Shown here: positions 30,184 to 32,000 of the stretch, piece by piece
Position numbering within the stretch: the first letter of the stretch is position 1
Layout of the letters: every line of letters begins with the position of its first letter
Assembly: GCF_051201565.1 (NCBI RefSeq)
Contig: NZ_CP179200.1
Location: 1,350,001-1,382,000, forward strand
Length of the DNA stretch: 32,000 nucleotides
Source of the DNA: Pseudothioglobus sp. nBUS_23
Lineage (GTDB): Bacteria; Pseudomonadota; Gammaproteobacteria; PS1; Pseudothioglobaceae
Reading direction: 5' to 3'
Notes under the pieces: generated by a model
The model's input: the letters and a program-made list of their open reading frames with translations, nothing else
Told to the model about the DNA's origin: nothing
Databases searched by the model: none
Made by a program: the position numbers and the translations under genes

Positions 30184-30528
30184 CTATAGTGCCTCAGGAC
30201 CAGATTCGCCCGTACGAATACGAACAACCTGCTCTAGGCTTGTAACAAAAATTTTGCCATCTCCGATCTTTCCGCCATTAATCTTGCAAGCAGAACTGAT
30301 GGTTTCAATAACTTCATCAACTTGCTCGTCGGTAATTGCAATTTCTAATTTAACTTTAGGCAGGAACTCCACCACATACTCTGCACCTCTGTAGAGCTCA
30401 GTGTGGCCTTTTTGTCTTCCAAACCCCTTTACTTCCGTAACAGAAACACCATTAATATCAATTTCTGAAAGAACTTGTCTCACGCTATCCAGTCTTTTTG
30501 GCTGAATGTAAGCTGTTATCATTTTCAT
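30184..30528 (-). CDS. glnK: Nitrogen regulatory protein P-II (GlnK type, paired with amtB)
   Basis: 114 aa. VTEVKGFGRQKGHTELYRGAEYVVEFLPKVKLEIAI includes the T-loop Tyr, and GDGKIFVTSLEQVVRIRTGE is present. It is near-collinear with E. coli GlnK. Confidence 0.96.
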   Translation of the reverse strand: MKMITAYIQPKRLDSVRQVLSEIDINGVSVTEVKGFGRQKGHTELYRGAEYVVEFLPKVKLEIAITDEQVDEVIETISSACKINGGKIGDGKIFVTSLEQVVRIRTGESGPEAL

Positions 30529-30545
30529 ATCATTACTCCAATGTT

Positions 30546-30588
30546 ATAAACAAAGAAGCCCGCTACCTTCGAGAAAGTAGCGGGCTTC
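30546..30588 (-). terminator. Strong terminator-type hairpin abutting the glnK ribosome-binding site
   Basis: The minus strand reads GAAGCCCGCUACUUU-CUCG-AAGGUAGCGGGCUUC (about 15 bp including one G-U pair) followed by UUUGUUUAU. Only about 17 nt separate the U-tract from the glnK ATG (GGAG SD within that gap). Confidence 0.7.
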
Positions 30589-30619
30589 TATACCAGTTCA
30601 GCTCATCTTTAAACTGACG

Positions 30620-30658
30620 AAAAAAAACGCTTACCTGGGTTAGAACCCAAATAAACGT
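30620..30658 (-). terminator. Intrinsic terminator downstream of ligA
   Basis: The minus strand reads ACGUUUAU-U-UGGGU-UCUA-ACCCA-G-GUAAGCGU (interrupted stem with two G-U pairs) followed by an uninterrupted U8 tract (A8 on the plus strand, 30620..30627). Confidence 0.65.
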
Positions 30659-30720
30659 CAATGTCTTAACTTAAAACCAACTTCGGAATTAAGATGAACG
30701 TTATTATATATAAAAAAATT

Positions 30721-32000
30721 TTAGGTATTGAGTTTTTTTAAATATTCAGACTCAGTTATGATTTCAACCTTATGTTTTTTTGCATCATTCATTTTTGATT
30801 GACCAACATTTTCTCCAATAATCAGAAAATCTGTTTTTGAGCTTACGCTCTTTGCAACAGAGATACCGAGCATTTTGGCTTGTTTTTCAAGTTCGGAGCG
30901 TGAATGACTCATGGCGCCCGTAAACACAATTTTTTTATTATGAAAGGGGCTCTCAATTAAAGCGACTTCATCACTAAGGGGGGTTTTTTCTAGCTCAAAT
31001 CCAGTCTTTATCAAAATTTGGTATTCATCTCTAATAGATTCTAACCCTTTAAAAATTTGCTCTGCAGTTAGCTCTGCGAAACCATCTATATTTGCAATTT
31101 CATCGGCTGTTAATTCAAAAACCTCTTCTATAGGATAATTTTTGAATAAATTTTCACAGTTGCCCATCCCGAGTCTTTGCACACCAAAAGCAGCCAAAAA
31201 ACGCCAATCCTCAATACTTTCATGTCGCGACCTATTAAGCTGATCTATTAGATTTTTTGAGGTTTTCTCTCCAAAGCCCATTGCAATTAATTGATCTATC
31301 TCTAGAAGATAAATTTCACTAACGCGACGAATACCGTTTTCATAAAGCTTTTTAATAGTCGCTTGTCCAAAGCCATCATTATTTGCAAGAATTTTAAAAA
31401 AATATATCATTTTTCCTCTAACTTGATCAGGACAAGAATTGATATTAGGACACATAAGGAAGTCCGCATCCCAAATAAGCTGTGACTCACAACTTGGGCA
31501 ATTAGAGGGAATATTTACTTCTGCTTTTTTTAGGACTTTATTAATTTTTGGAATAACCATTCCGCTTCGAGTTAACTCGACAATGCTTCCAGCTCCGAGA
31601 CCTTGCTCCTTTACTAAGCCAAAATGATGGCCTGTGGCTCTGTAGATTGTTGCTCCACTGAGCTGGGTTGGCTCTAACTCTGCAACTGGCGTAATTTTTC
31701 CAGTTCTTCCAACTTGTGGTGTTATTGAAATGACTTTGACTTGTGCTTTTTCTTTATTTTCCTTAAAGGCAATTTGCCATCGATGAAACTTTCGGTTTGA
31801 CCCCATATGTATTTTTAAATCAGTATTTACGACTTCAAAAACAACACCGTCAATATCAAAATCAACACCTTGTTCTAATTCTGAGACTATTTCAGCAAAC
31901 TGATCCTTAAACTGTTTGATACTCCCTTGCCAAAAGGGGAGTTGCTTAAAGGGAACAAATAAAGCAGCCTTGACATTTATTGCATCTTTAGCGAAATGGT
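30721..32000 (-). CDS. ligA: NAD-dependent DNA ligase, C-terminal ~426 codons (5' end beyond the right window edge)
   Basis: The ORF-track start at 31806 is an internal Met. Manual translation shows the same frame open to position 32000 (..DFDIDGVVFEVVNTDLKIHMGSNRKFHRWQIAFK). OB-fold region (PQVGRTGKITPVAELEPTQL), 4-Cys Zn finger (CPSCES..CPNINSC), HhH region and C-terminal BRCT (KKIVFTGAMSHSRSELEKQAKMLGISVAKSVSSKTDFLIIGENVGQSK). Confidence 0.85.
   Translation of the reverse strand, partial: HFAKDAINVKAALFVPFKQLPFWQGSIKQFKDQFAEIVSELEQGVDFDIDGVVFEVVNTDLKIHMGSNRKFHRWQIAFKENKEKAQVKVISITPQVGRTGKITPVAELEPTQLSGATIYRATGHHFGLVKEQGLGAGSIVELTRSGMVIPKINKVLKKAEVNIPSNCPSCESQLIWDADFLMCPNINSCPDQVRGKMIYFFKILANNDGFGQATIKKLYENGIRRVSEIYLLEIDQLIAMGFGEKTSKNLIDQLNRSRHESIEDWRFLAAFGVQRLGMGNCENLFKNYPIEEVFELTADEIANIDGFAELTAEQIFKGLESIRDEYQILIKTGFELEKTPLSDEVALIESPFHNKKIVFTGAMSHSRSELEKQAKMLGISVAKSVSSKTDFLIIGENVGQSKMNDAKKHKVEIITESEYLKKLNT

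Noticed and set aside
30590-30605. TGGTAT..CCCGC as a sigma54 promoter for glnK
   Set aside because: GG to GC spacing is 11 instead of 10, and the -12 region (CCCGC) does not resemble TTGCA.
31804-31806. ORF-track start of the ligase at Met 31806
   Set aside because: Manual translation shows the frame stays open with ligase-like sequence (DIDGVVFEV..) up to the window edge, so this Met is internal.

Overview
This window looks like ordinary core chromosome from an AT-rich, tightly packed genome. Gene order and protein sequences are gammaproteobacterial, and the compaction resembles streamlined marine lineages, but I cannot name the taxon from sequence alone. From 19388 down to 1, every gene is on the minus strand: tmm (a trimethylamine monooxygenase-type FMO), sdhCAB (single cytochrome b, type B), mdh, a malic enzyme, tRNA-Tyr/Gly/Thr with tuf, tRNA-Trp with secE-nusG, rplKAJL, rpoB, and partial rpoC. 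Next comes a truncated dcw cluster (mraZ-rsmH-ftsL-ftsI) on the plus strand, which converges on dnaG. After that come lpxL, rpsO, prfB, hisI and hisE (plus strand), then an ANTAR regulator, amtB, glnK and a partial NAD-dependent DNA ligase (minus strand). I found no CRISPR array, mobile element, toxin or defence gene, rRNA, or long unexplained ORF, so I see no convincing evidence of a novel multi-gene system. The features most worth a second look are modest. One is a glnK-amtB-ANTAR module whose receiver domain seems to lack the phospho-acceptor Asp, with two strong terminator hairpins directly upstream of glnK. Others are a lone tmm gene with a 10-bp inverted repeat in its leader, four 10-bp-phased TGGN boxes at mraZ, a prfB with no programmed frameshift and SPY in place of SPF, and a non-canonical succinate dehydrogenase/fumarate reductase (SDH/FRD) type for this gene-order context. 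Several ORF-track starts are over-extended and are corrected below (rplJ, tuf, rplA, sdhC, mraZ, ftsI, lpxL). Two genes run off the window edges (rpoC, ligA).
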